Below are positions 32,027-43,532 of a DNA stretch of 64,000 bases, in pieces. The position numbers and the translations under genes are program-made. Numbering within the stretch: position 1 is the first letter of the stretch; every line of letters starts with the position of its first letter. Under the pieces are notes generated by a model. It was given only the letters and a program-made list of their open reading frames with translations, searched no databases and had not been told where the DNA came from. The DNA is from Candidatus Bathyarchaeota archaeon (GTDB lineage: Archaea > Thermoproteota > Bathyarchaeia > Bathyarchaeales > Bathycorpusculaceae). The DNA lies in NCBI GenBank assembly GCA_963768425.1, contig CAVYHV010000006.1, positions 32,001 to 96,000 of the forward strand, in the 5' to 3' direction.

Positions 32027-33537
32027 TTACATCCCAAGTTTAAGACGACGATAAGTCTGATAATCAACATATTCAATGAAGGGGTTTTCAGCTTGGAATT
32101 TCACGTTGACTTTCTGCTGCTTTCGCTTGTCGACAAGTTGGCTTGTGGTTCTAAGCAGGTACGCGTCGCTTCCAGCGCCTGAACCGTAGCTGCCGACCAA
32201 AATCAGTTCTTCAGGCTTGGCGACATCAAGAACCGCGGCTAAACTCAGGGGCACGCAGCCCGAGTAGGTGTTGCCGAACTTGTTAATCATGATGCCCAGG
32301 CAGATACTGTTCTTCCTTAAAACCGAGTTCCTTGGCTATTCTGACTGGGAACTGAGGGTTAGGCTGATGCGCAACGAAGTAGCCTATGTCGCTTGCTTTG
32401 AGGTTGAAGCGCTCCATAAGTTTGCATGTTGCTTTGCGGACATGTTTGAAGTACGCTGGGTCTCCTGTGAATCTTCCGCCATGCATCGGGAAAGGTTCGC
32501 CGTCTCTGCGCCAGAAATCAGGAGTGTCAGAGGTGCAGGAGTACCATCCTTCCATTTGGGCGATTACATCGTTTTTCCCGAAAATGAATGCTGCGCCGCC
32601 GTAACCGACAAACGTGTCCAGTTCGCCGCCTGGGCAGCCTCTTGGCGCTGCCTGAGAGTTATCTGCGCCGATAGCCATCGCGTATTTTATGCCTGAACGC
32701 GGGTAACTGACGAGGGCACAAGCATCTTTAAACATGCTTGTAGCTGCTTTGCATGCAAACTCCGTGTCAACTGCGTCGACGCCTTGTATGTCGCCTTCTT
32801 CTTCGCCGAGCTTAAGCACCTGAGCTACTTTGGACGCGATAGGCTTAACTGAGTAGGGATTGGATTCTGAGCCAACGTAGACTTTGCCGACTAAGCTGTT
32901 GTCGATGCCTGAATGAATCAACGCGAGTTTTCCAGCTTCCACAGCCGCCGTCACCGAGTCTTCGTCGACAAATGGAACAGCGCGTTCTAACCCTGCTTCT
33001 TTTATTCGGAACCTTGAAGCGTAAACGCCGTAGCCGACGACTCCTGGTAACTCATATTCTTTGTCGGGTGCGGTTACGCGGTATTCTTGATGCGGGTAGT
33101 ACTCGTCGGCTAAAGTGAACGCCAAAGAAATCGTTGGGACAACTTCGCTTTTTCCAACCGAGTAGCGCCTGCGGAAACGCGGAACAACTTCTCTTCCCTC
33201 AAGACTTGCCAAATCAACGTCTTTACCGTCCGATATCAGTTGGTCAGTTATTCTTCCGGGCACACGGATTTTGCCGTTGTGAAAAGAAACGATCCCGTAA
33301 ACAAAGTCTTGAAAGTTTCATAAATTTGTTTGTGGGTTCATTGATGAATGTGCATAACTCAAGTTTTCCTTTGTCATAGAATAGGTCGATGCTGTCCATT
33401 TTTCCGTAGCTTTTTCTGCCGCAGTTGCTGCAGTAATCTCTGACTTCAAAGTATTCTTTGCCGCAGCTTTGGCATTGGCTCGCCCGTAACCTGTCACCTA
33501 AATAAGAAACCCGTCGCTCTATTGGTTCACTGCTCAA
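32027..33537 (-). CDS. DUF35 (Zn-ribbon/OB) - hydroxymethylglutaryl-CoA synthase fusion (frameshifts ~33310 and ~32290)
   Basis: CQSC...CSNC Zn ribbon and OB fold reading into GVVGYG, GSES, EFACKA, TPDFWRR, HQPN, GNTYSG and SYGSGAGSD. Confidence 0.88.
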
Positions 33538-34739
33538 TCTTTCTTCTCCCCTAAAATGGTTACGTACGCCTTCGTTCCGAAGCCTTCAAACTCCGAAACG
33601 CAACCCCTTTTCGGTGAACCATCAACAAAGCTGACTTGCCGCGCCCCAGCTTGACCTTTCAGTTGACGGTAAATCTCAAAAATCTGTGCTCCGCCAGTGG
33701 CTCCAAACGGGTTCCCATCTGCTTTTAAGCCGCCGTCAGTGTTAACGAAAAGATGTTTGCCGTTTATTTCGTAGAAGTTCTTGTTGTTTTGGTAGCTTTC
33801 ATAGATGTTTTTCCAAGCTGTCCCTGGCTCGATGAAGCCTAAGTCTTCAAGGGAAACAAGCTCCATCATAGTTGACTGGTCATTTACTTCGATAACTTGA
33901 ATGTCGGAAATGGCGGTCTTTGCCATTTGAACAGCTTTTTTCATGGCGATTTCAGCCGCCACGAAACGGGCCAAATCATCCCTTGCCGTGTAGTTCAGGT
34001 AGTCAGTTGCTGAACTGCAGGCTAAAACGTAAACTGGTTTGTCGCAGCGTTTTTTGGCAGTGCCTTCGCTGGTCAGAATCAACGCTGATGCGCCATCAGA
34101 AATCGGTGCAAAATCGTACATGCCTAAGGGTTTATGCGCTGTTTTCCTTGCGTGCAAGACTTGCTCCACCGTGATTGGTCTATGGTACTGCGCATACTTG
34201 TTTTTGGTTGCGTTTGCATGGTTCTTAACTGAAACTTGCGCTAAGGCAACATTGAGTTTTTCGAGGTTTTCGCCTGTTATGTGATGCTTCTTTATGTAGG
34301 CTCTCAGCAGCAGTTCATGGTTGGCTTCTGGGGTGCCGCCTGCAAAGTAGCTCCACGGGTCTTCCAGAAGCATTAGGTCGTCCCGTATTTTATCCCAGCG
34401 GTCCGTCATTTTTTCTATGCCGCCGACCAGAACAGTATTGTAAACTCCAGCCTGAATCGCGTGGCAGGCAGTTAACAAGGCGGCGCTGAAAGACCGAGTA
34501 ACCTCCATTGGCACATGCAGCTCGGTGAGTTCCGAAAGGAAGCCTTCTTCCAAGCCCAGCTTGTTTGTTATCGGGAGAAAACAGTCTGACATGTAGCAGG
34601 CTTCAAGATCTTTGCGTTCTAAGCTGCATTCGTTTGAAGCGGCAAGCCAAGCTTCCTCAATAAGTTTCTCGGGTTCTTTGCCATAATGCTCCCCGAACTT
34701 GGTTCTGCCAACAGCAACGATCGCTGGACGATTTTGCAA
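33534..34739 (-). CDS. Archaeal thiolase-fold protein with degenerate active site
   Basis: VGRTKFGE, VGGIEKMTD, KNHANA, PISDGASA and NTDGGLKADGNPFGATG motifs; catalytic Cys/His motifs are replaced. Confidence 0.85.
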   Translation of the reverse strand: MQNRPAIVAVGRTKFGEHYGKEPEKLIEEAWLAASNECSLERKDLEACYMSDCFLPITNKLGLEEGFLSELTELHVPMEVTRSFSAALLTACHAIQAGVYNTVLVGGIEKMTDRWDKIRDDLMLLEDPWSYFAGGTPEANHELLLRAYIKKHHITGENLEKLNVALAQVSVKNHANATKNKYAQYHRPITVEQVLHARKTAHKPLGMYDFAPISDGASALILTSEGTAKKRCDKPVYVLACSSATDYLNYTARDDLARFVAAEIAMKKAVQMAKTAISDIQVIEVNDQSTMMELVSLEDLGFIEPGTAWKNIYESYQNNKNFYEINGKHLFVNTDGGLKADGNPFGATGGAQIFEIYRQLKGQAGARQVSFVDGSPKRGCVSEFEGFGTKAYVTILGEKKD

Positions 34740-35066
34740 GATGAAGCCTTCCCTTTTACTGTAGCACTTAACCTTTTCTGAAAAGGCTATTAAGTGTTTG
34801 CCATATTTCGCGCTATAATTGCCTGAAAAGGCGATTACCTAATGTATCGAGCACCAAAACTGCATTGGCAGGCGATTGCTTGGGGAAAGTGAAAGCTTTG
34901 CTTTACTGGGTCTACAGAGAGAGAATAGACGGCGTCTTTTACACGTGCGATACATAAGAGGACTGCGACAAAGTCTCGTCTCAATGCTACGCAAGGCGGA
35001 AACAGCTACTGCGGCGAATACAAAAAAAGAATCAGCCAAAAACAAAAGAAAAACTAAGCAGCCGCC

Positions 35067-36463
35067 TTAAGAGCCAACATGGTTTATCTCTTTCATAGTC
35101 AACTGGCGTTTGAGGGTTTTAACCATGTTCAGCAGGTTCCTGCTTAACTCAACTGGGTAAACAGGGGCATCTGTCAGAGCCTTGTATTCTTCTGGAAGCT
35201 TAGACAGGTTCTCGGCGGCGTTAGCTCGAATTTGCTCAAGCGATGGAAGAGCATAAGTTAATTTGCCTTTTTCCATCATTTTAACCAGCAGCGGTTCAGC
35301 CTCAACTTTTTCATCTGCCAAAGCAATCACTGTCTTTCTCGAAATTGCCCTCGCGTCGATGAAACGGTAAACCTGTTTTCTTCCTGGAAGCGTGATTTTG
35401 TCCTTGCTTAGCTTCATAATGGGCGTGAAAGTGCCATCAGCCTTCATAGTTTCGCATAGCTTGTAAATCACATCAAGGTAGGGTCTGTCTGCTGAAGTGC
35501 CCATTTTTGTCCCAACTCCAAAAGAATCAATCCAGGCCCCTTTTCACAGTAACTCTTCGATTTTGAATTCGTCTAAATCGCCGCTGGCAAAGATTTTCAC
35601 GTAGTTCAAGCCTTGATCGTCAAGGAACTTTCGGATTCTTTTGCTGTCCTTAGCCAAGTCTCCGCTGTCCAAGCGAACGCCGCCCAGCTTGTAGCCTTTT
35701 GCCTCAAGTTCTTTTGCTATGACGGCTGCTTTTTCAGCACCTGAAAAATCATCGTACGTATCTATTAGAAGCGTGGACTTGTCGGGGAAAGTTTGTGTGA
35801 AGGCTCGGAATGCGTCGATTTCCTTTGGGTAGGACATGATGAAGGAATGCGCCATGGTTCCGAAGACTGGAATGTCGTAAACCTGTCCAGCCAAAACGTT
35901 GCTTGTACCCTCGCAGCCTGCAATGTAGCTGCTTCGCGCCACTTTCATTCCAGCGTCAACGCCAGGCTCTCTCCTCAGCCCAAACTCGATTATCGGCTTG
36001 CCTTTGGCTGCATACACTACGCGCGAGGCTTTGGTGGCTATCATGGTTTGCAAGTTGATTGTGTTGAGCAGGAAAGTCTCAACCAACTGCGCTTCGATTA
36101 TAGGCGCAGTAACTCGGATTAAGGGTTCGTTGGGAAAAGCCAGCGAGCCTTCCGGCATAGCCCAGACTTCACCTGTGAATTTGAAGCCGCCAGGTAATCC
36201 AGAAAATCCGCGTTGAAACCCTGCGTTTTAAGGTAATTCAGGTGCTCTTTGGTGAACGTGATGTTTTGTAGGTACTGGAGACATTGCTCGAGACCTGCGA
36301 AGAGGAAGTAGGAGCGGTTTTCGGGCAGTCGCCTAATGAACAGGTCAAAAGTGGCTGGCTCAAAGTTTTTGTTGTCAAAGTAGCTTGCGCACATGGTTAA
36401 CTCGTAAAAATCCGTGAATAAACTCATGTTTTCCTCTTTGAGAAAGTTAAGAAATGAATTCAT
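35067..36463 (-). CDS. pncB: Nicotinate phosphoribosyltransferase (frameshifted, three fragments)
   Basis: [39 protein letters not shown] and DVIYKL motifs. Confidence 0.93.
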
Positions 36464-36611
36464 GCGTTATTAGAGAATGCGTTTGTGATTTAATTCTTTC
36501 TAGTTGACCGTTCTTTTGAGGGCTTACCTGTCAGGCTATTTTGCGCTTGTACCGTTGGTGTTCTAACAAGTAGATTTAAATCGACTTCAAACTATGAAAC
36601 CGTGATACTCC

Positions 36612-39446
36612 ATGTCCCTGATGTATCCGGTTAAAAGAGTCTTCCGCAACTGGAAACTTTTTACCGCATTCCTGATAGGTTTGGTGCTCGCCGCCACGTT
36701 TTTCGCGTGCATCGACATAAAAGCAAATATTGCGGGGGAGCAGTCGCTTGATCAGCAACTCAAATCAGTCAACACCGACATGGAGTTCACCGTGTGGCTG
36801 AATTTAACGGATTTCAACCAAGCCGTCAGCAACATCACAAGCATAAATGGCGTTAAAAGCGTCGATACAATCGCAAGACTAAACACTGTACCCGCCAAAG
36901 ATTTAGACACCAACTATTCGTCATATATGCAGATGGTTTCTTTCCCTGACACGTCACAGATCTACAATGATTGGACAAACAAGCCAGCAGGAGAGATAGG
37001 TGAAAACCAAACCTGGGTCATTTCGGGCACTCCGATGGCCTCAAAAGTGAAAATCGGAGATAACATAACAACTGAGATATCTTTTCCAACTCCCAATCAG
37101 GGCAACTGGACTACTATCTACCTGAATTTAACTGTGGCTGGGTTTGCAGATTTAACTGATGCGGGTTACTCGCTTGCTTCAGGCAACAGCTTCTTGTATT
37201 ATGGTGGCGCTCCTATAGGTTCACAGCAAATTTACGAATCACGCCAGGACTCGATGATAATAGGTTGGAACAGTACCATCCTGAAGTTTTGGTCAACGAT
37301 GCCAAACAGAACAGTTGACAATACTTTCATGATAACGTGGATCGCTCCAGCCTTCTCAGCCCCTGGAATGTCCAAGCCTCAGAAAACAACGTAAACACTG
37401 TAGCTACAGAAATACAAAACAACGTTCTCTCAAAATACCAAACATTTGGCCAAGTACAAAACAACGTGGATATTGCCTTGAGTAATTTCAATGTTAATTT
37501 TGGGAGTACAATTTATGAATTTGTTATCCTTTCTATTCCAATATTCTTCGTCGCATGGTACCTCGGTTCAACAATCTCCGACGTCTCGTTTAACTTGAGA
37601 AGACGCGAAATCGGGTTACTATCCACCAAAGGTCTCTCAAGCGGGCAAATACAGCGAATGTTCCTTGGCGAAGCAATAACAGTGGGATGCATAGGCGGAA
37701 TAGGCGGGGTGATAGGCGGACTAATCTTGAACCAAGTTTTCACAGGTGGATTCAATGCCAGCGCACTCTTTAACCCCCAAACGTTCAGCCCCTACACAAT
37801 GATTTTCACAATTGCCTTCGGAGTTGCAATCGGCATAGCATCAATGTTTTGGTCAGCGAGAAAGGCATCTAAACTTCCCACGGTTGAGGCGCTAAGAGCA
37901 GTACATGGACACTTCAAACCAGCCATACCGCAAAGTTCTGCCATGGGCAGCCACTTTGCTTGGAACCTATAAAATCATTATTCTAATACTAGGAATAAAC
38001 GTTCCTCTGGCGTTGGCTAACTATGCCTCAGGAGAATTCTACCTTGCAATCCTTCAGACACCAATTAGCCTCTTCGACCAAATCATGACCTTACATTGGG
38101 CCTATACTTTTCTTCTGGGGAATCACAAAACTGCTTATCCAAAACTACCCTGTACTTCAGCGGATGACTCACGCAGTTTTCACGAGTAACAGGTGACTTT
38201 GGCAAATTAGCTGCGAAAAACATAATCCGCAACCCAGCACGTGTTGCCGCTATCGCCTTCATTATTGCATTTATCATAGGCTACGGCGTCCAGGTATCTG
38301 GGCAAACCGCAAGCCAACAAGGCTACCTTATCAGGCAAGTCAAATATAGTGCCGGCGCGGATGTATCGATCAGCGTCTCAAACGCTTCAGAAGTTCCTGT
38401 AATATTGAAGGATATTTTAAGCAATGTTACTGGTGTTAAAAACTACACATTAGTCTGTACGTTGCAGGAGCCACAAACCGACACTGTTGTAAAAACCATT
38501 GATCCTGAATCGTTCCTAGCCACTGCTTACTATGAAAGCGACTGGTTCAGCGGCGCAAGCATGCAGCAAATGTTTACCGAACTCAAAACGGACAACTCCA
38601 CGATTATCCTTGAAAAACGAGTTGCTGAACAACAAAACCTCAAAGTCGGCGATAGTATAGCCATAGACTTCCCATCTGGCGCAAGAACACTAAAGATTGT
38701 AGGTTTCTTCGGACCAGAGATACCTAAAAACGAGCTCCAGCCGACATCAACGATCCCCACTTATCAAGGAGACATTTTCATACCTTACGGAAGCATATAT
38801 TGGTCGTATGTCCCACGGAATCTCTTTAACATGACAGTGGGAAGCGACGCCTACATCGATGAAAGCTTCGACACCTCTATGCTGCTGAGTTTGAATTCAG
38901 GGGTTAACGGCACGGCGGTAGCTGCCAAAATCCAAAGCCTAAACCTTGATGTTTACGGCGTCACTTCATTTGCTCAACAGTGGCAACAAACGTTAAACTC
39001 CCAGGACCAAACAACATTTTACACCCTGCAAGTCCTAGACTTTCAGAATTTAAGCGTTGTATTTGCCTTGCTTTCTGTGACAGTAGGGATGGTTGTTATA
39101 GCGGTTGTAAGCTTAAGTGAGCGAAGCCGTGAAGCAACATTGATGAGCGTCAGAGGGGTATCTTACGGTCAGCTTGTATGGATGTTTCTTGCAGAGAACT
39201 TGGCAGTTATAACCTTCTCGGTTGTACTTGGCATAGCAGTTGGGTACATCTTCGACTACGGTATAATAACGGCGGCCAACGTCGGGAACCCAACAACTCA
39301 TTTACCCGCATGTTACCTATCCCACCAGTGCCTTAACAACCATAGCCAGCTACATAGGGTTAATTTATGCCTCGACGATTGCGGCAATCCTAGTTATGTC
39401 CAGAAGATATGTAACTAAACTTGAAAGGATGGTTAGAGCCAAATGA
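36612..39446 (+). CDS. MacB/FtsX-like ABC exporter permease (frameshifted)
   Basis: RRREIGLLSTKG and ERSREATLMSVRG FtsX motifs; two large extracellular domains. Confidence 0.85.
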
Positions 39447-40340
39447 GCGGATTAGACATCAAAATTCGAGACCTTGTAAAGGTTCACCAGCACAGGCAAA
39501 ATAGAAGTCCAAGCGTTACGTGGACTAACGTTGGATATATCGTCAGGGGAACTAGTTTCAATTATAGGTCCTAGCGGAAGCGGAAAAACAACGTTGCTCA
39601 ATATCATCGGCGGCTTGGACAAAGCAACTGCAGGCACAGTTCAAGTCGGGGACAAAACCGTAACCACTCTATCAGTTAGCCAACTTGTTGATTTCAGAAG
39701 AAAAACGGTGGGTCACATTTTCCAAAACCTTAACTTGATTCCGACGTTAACGGCTCGGGAAAACGTTGAATTCTCTATGATTGCCTCAGGAGCTCCGCGG
39801 GCTAAAAGGAACGAGCGAGTGCATGAACTGCTTGGAACAGTTGGAATGCTGGATAGGGCAGACCATAAACCTGAGGAGTTAAGCGGCGGCGAGCAGCAGA
39901 GAATCGCGATAGCGGCTGCGTTGGCAAATAATGCACCAGTGCTCCTGGCAGATGAGCCGACTGGGGAATTGGATACGCAAAACGCAAGAATCGTTGTTGA
40001 GTACCTTGTTAAGGTCAACCGCGACCTTGGCAAAACCATTTTGATGGTCACTCACGACCCAAGCGTTGCGAGGGCGTCAAGCCGAATACTTCGAATTGAA
40101 GATGGCTTAATAAAAACCGCGTTGGCACCATCAGAGGTTATTGTGAACGCGAAGGCTGTCTCCTACGTCGACCAGTTGAAGGCAAGAATCGGCGAGATAA
40201 ACATGGAGCTAGACAAGCTGGACAGCGATTTCAAAACCGACAAGATAGGCGGCGACGAATACGTTCAAAAAAGACAAAACCTCAAAAATGTAAAGGACAG
40301 CCTCAAAGAAGAACTCTCAAGAATGGGTGTAATCCCGTAA
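39443..40340 (+). CDS. LolD/MacB-type ABC ATP-binding protein with C-terminal coiled-coil extension
   Basis: GPSGSGKT, LSGGEQQR, LADEPTG and VTHD motifs. ATG 39443 overlaps the permease stop; frameshift near 39490. Confidence 0.9.
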
Positions 40341-40424
40341 GGAAATCGGCCATTGCGTTGTTTATAATGGGTATTTTCCTCTTTTCCTAACTTACAGCTT
40401 TAACAACCCGATCTGAGAATACCC

Positions 40425-41273
40425 CTATAATCTGAGAACTAAGTACAATAGACCACTTGCTATTGCTATGACACCAAGTGCAGCGGTAAGATAAGTTATT
40501 TTTTGTTTTCCAGCAACTTTGATTAGAAAATCGATGAGAAATAGGCTAATTATTGTTGAGGTGACGATTGCGATGGCTAAGCCTGGCACCCCTATTGCAG
40601 ATATTGAAGCTGCAACGTTATGCCTGCTCGCAACTAAAGTTAATCCAAAGGCTCCTGCAGCGGCGAAGATTCCCGCAGTGAAGGATAATCTGAAAGTTTC
40701 GTCGGGTTCGATGCCTAGCAGAAGCATGGCGCTTGTTGTAATTCCTGACCTGCTAACGCCTGGAAGAGCAGATATTCCCTGTGTGATGCCTATTAAAATG
40801 TAATCTTTAATGGTGAGGTTTTCCAGTTTTCTGAAAACTTTTCCTTGTTGCTGCCTCTTTTTGGAGTATCTTATCAGCGCCGCATCACCTATGAGGACAA
40901 GACCTATGATTAGCATGGGTATGCCTAAGGCTACCGATGGGATTGAATCTGCGATTAGATATAGTGGAGCAGCAATTATACCAGTAATCACCGTAACGAC
41001 AAGAACATAGAAGAGAAGTTTGCGTTTCATTGGATCTTTTGAACCCGCTAAAACTTGCACTAGTTTGACCAAATCTTTTCTGAAGTAAATTACTGCGGCG
41101 GCCAACGTGCCTATCTCCATAAACAAGCCAAAAGTGTATGCTTGCTGGTACGTGAGCTTTAACAAGATAGTTGACGATACGATTATCTGTGTTTTGCTGC
41201 TTATGGGCAGCCACTCTGAAATGCCCTGAATGATCCCGATTATTATGGAGTAGAGCAACTGGATAACAGTCAT
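40425..41273 (-). CDS. uppP: Undecaprenyl/polyprenyl-diphosphate phosphatase (BacA family)
   Basis: QGISEWLPISS and PGVSRSG motifs. Confidence 0.9.
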   Translation of the reverse strand: MTVIQLLYSIIIGIIQGISEWLPISSKTQIIVSSTILLKLTYQQAYTFGLFMEIGTLAAAVIYFRKDLVKLVQVLAGSKDPMKRKLLFYVLVVTVITGIIAAPLYLIADSIPSVALGIPMLIIGLVLIGDAALIRYSKKRQQQGKVFRKLENLTIKDYILIGITQGISALPGVSRSGITTSAMLLLGIEPDETFRLSFTAGIFAAAGAFGLTLVASRHNVAASISAIGVPGLAIAIVTSTIISLFLIDFLIKVAGKQKITYLTAALGVIAIASGLLYLVLRL

Positions 41274-41654
41274 TGCAGATCAGCTTAGAAATTTAGGAAA
41301 GGCGGGATGTGCAATAAAAGTTTTAGGGTAAACGTGCTGGGGGCTTATCGGAAAAGCTTTCTCAGCAAGAAAACTTTAGGACCATAAACCTATCTTTTAT
41401 TCTTTAACCATTCCAGCAGCGTATTTCAAGAAGCAATTATATCTTCTCCTCGTTTTTGATGCTGAATCTTTGAAGCTCATCTAAAATTGAGGAATAAATC
41501 TAAACCTTTAAGATTCTTAGGCATGTGCTTGCCTGCTGTATCAACAAAATGTATCAACAAAGTGTATATACATTTGACCGACCGGTCGGCTTGTACACAC
41601 AAGAGAGAAGGAGGGGGCCGTTCTTTCATGGCAAATCTACTTGACACGCTCTTC

Positions 41655-42869
41655 TTAGAGCATCGGGAACAATCCAAGTAGTCCGATTATTCCTCCTGCA
41701 ACCACTATTAAAGCGGCTATCAAGAAGGCAACCCTCTCGAATTTCTTGTACTGGTTCCCATTCATGACTTCCTTCTTCGTCACAAGCCGGCCCAAAAAGT
41801 ACAAAGAGGGTATTAGCACAATTGGGAATATGAACATCATATTGAGCATCAGCTGAATGTAGCCGCTTACGACTGTCACAATGACCAGCGCTGGAACGGC
41901 TTCTAAAGCGTAGATCTCAAGGAAGTTGACCCTTGATTTGGGTCCTGTTGAACGTCCCGTGGCTTCGAGGACTCCCCATGCTGAACCCAGCGAAACTACC
42001 ACTAGAGCTAGGAATCCTGCGAAGATGAATCCTAACCCCATTATGGGTTTTGCATAAGTGCCAAATACCGGCAAGGCTTTGGTTAACTCGCTGATGTTTA
42101 TCAGTTTGTCTCCGCTGAAAACGTTTAGCCCAACTACGACAAGTATAATCATGAGGATTTCGGAAACCACTGCGCCGATTAAAGTTTCCAAACGTTCGTT
42201 CTTGAGGTCTTTTACTTCTTTGTGTCTTCGGGAGTCTGCTCCTGAATGGAAATACAGCATCCAGGGCATTATGACGGCGCCGACGCTGGCTGCTAGCAGA
42301 TACGCGAAAGACGGATTCCCGTAAGGCTGAAGAGGCGAAAGGCCCAGCGAAACAAACGAGCCGAAGTTGAAGTGGAACACCAGTGTGGAACTGACGATTG
42401 CAATCATCAGCAGGAAGCTGACGGGTATTAGCACCTTCTCGGCTTGATGATATTGGCGACCGAAAACTATCAGTGTGTGAATCGCGAAGACGATAATTAG
42501 ACCTAAGATTACCGGGAACCCTATGAGGCTGAAGCCAATAGCGATTCCAGCGTACTGGGCAATGTACTCCAAAAAATCGCTAAGACCCATCGGGACTGCA
42601 GCCATTAGGGCGGCTTTTTTTCCAAAGTTGTTTCTTATTTGTTCGCCAAGCCCTTTGCCTGATGCGATTCCAAGGCGTCCTGCTGCGTCCTGTATTATGA
42701 AGAGCGGAAAAATGAGGACTATGAGTATGAAGATCATTCTGTAACCCCAGGCTGCGCCTGCTTGGAGTCCTGTGATGATGGAGGCGACATCTACGTCAGC
42801 TATCATTACGATCCATGCTGGTCCGAAGTTTTTTAGCCAGTCGCTGACTTTTTGGTTCATCTCTCTCAC
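41655..42869 (-). CDS. NRAMP-family divalent metal transporter
   Basis: FGPAWIVMIADVD, QAGAAWGY and GAVIMPW motifs; about 11 TM helices. Confidence 0.85.
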   Translation of the reverse strand: MREMNQKVSDWLKNFGPAWIVMIADVDVASIITGLQAGAAWGYRMIFILIVLIFPLFIIQDAAGRLGIASGKGLGEQIRNNFGKKAALMAAVPMGLSDFLEYIAQYAGIAIGFSLIGFPVILGLIIVFAIHTLIVFGRQYHQAEKVLIPVSFLLMIAIVSSTLVFHFNFGSFVSLGLSPLQPYGNPSFAYLLAASVGAVIMPWMLYFHSGADSRRHKEVKDLKNERLETLIGAVVSEILMIILVVVGLNVFSGDKLINISELTKALPVFGTYAKPIMGLGFIFAGFLALVVVSLGSAWGVLEATGRSTGPKSRVNFLEIYALEAVPALVIVTVVSGYIQLMLNMMFIFPIVLIPSLYFLGRLVTKKEVMNGNQYKKFERVAFLIAALIVVAGGIIGLLGLFPML

Positions 42870-42874
42870 GTCTT

Positions 42875-42927
42875 ACTTAGGCTAACCTAAGTCAATCGCT
42901 GGAATAAAAACATTTAGGAGCACCTAA
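42875..42927. promoter_or_regulatory. Two DtxR/MntR-type boxes (TTAGG-N4-CCTAA)
   Basis: ACTTAGG-CTAA-CCTAAGT at 42875-42892 and TTAGG-AGCA-CCTAA at 42914-42927 match the DtxR core TTAGGTTAGCCTAA. They lie between the NRAMP and DtxR genes. Confidence 0.85.
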
Positions 42928-43000
42928 GTCATTCCGCTTCAACAAAACACATCAAACATCTTAATCAAAACTTATATCACAATCAAGATCACTCTACATA

Positions 43001-43423
43001 TTGATGCTAATGTGCATCTCAGAAAGCGTCGAAGAATACTTAGAAACACTCTGGAAATCAGAAGAGCAAGGAGAAAAAATTACCCACTTGACTTGGATAG
43101 CTGACCATCTGGGCGTAGCGGCGCCAAGCGCTCTGGAAATGCTTAAGAAACTAGAAAAAGAAGGCCTCGTAATCTACAAAGTGCGGCAGGGCATCGAACT
43201 TACAAGCGAGGGGCGGAAAATAGCTAGGAGAATCGTTCGAGCTCACAGGCTCACTGAAGTTTTGATGAAAGAAACTTTGAAGACTGATGTTCGGGAAGAA
43301 ACAGTTTGCGGCATGGAGCATCATATGGATGAAGAATTTATGGATGCGCTGTGCACGCTGCTGAACCATCCGACCATATGCCCCCATGGACGACCCATCC
43401 CCAAAGGCAAATGCTGCCCGTAG
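43001..43423 (+). CDS. DtxR/MntR-family metal-dependent repressor
   Basis: EEYLE, HTH, HRLTE, MEHH and CPHGRPIP motifs. Confidence 0.93.
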   Translation: MMLMCISESVEEYLETLWKSEEQGEKITHLTWIADHLGVAAPSALEMLKKLEKEGLVIYKVRQGIELTSEGRKIARRIVRAHRLTEVLMKETLKTDVREETVCGMEHHMDEEFMDALCTLLNHPTICPHGRPIPKGKCCP

Positions 43424-43532
43424 AGCTGATTTTTAGATTGGCGCTACTAAGCAATTCAGGTTAAAAACTGATGTAGAGATGCGAATCCTTTTTGTCTTCG
43501 TGCATTCCATAAGTTCTCTTTAAGGGAAAATT

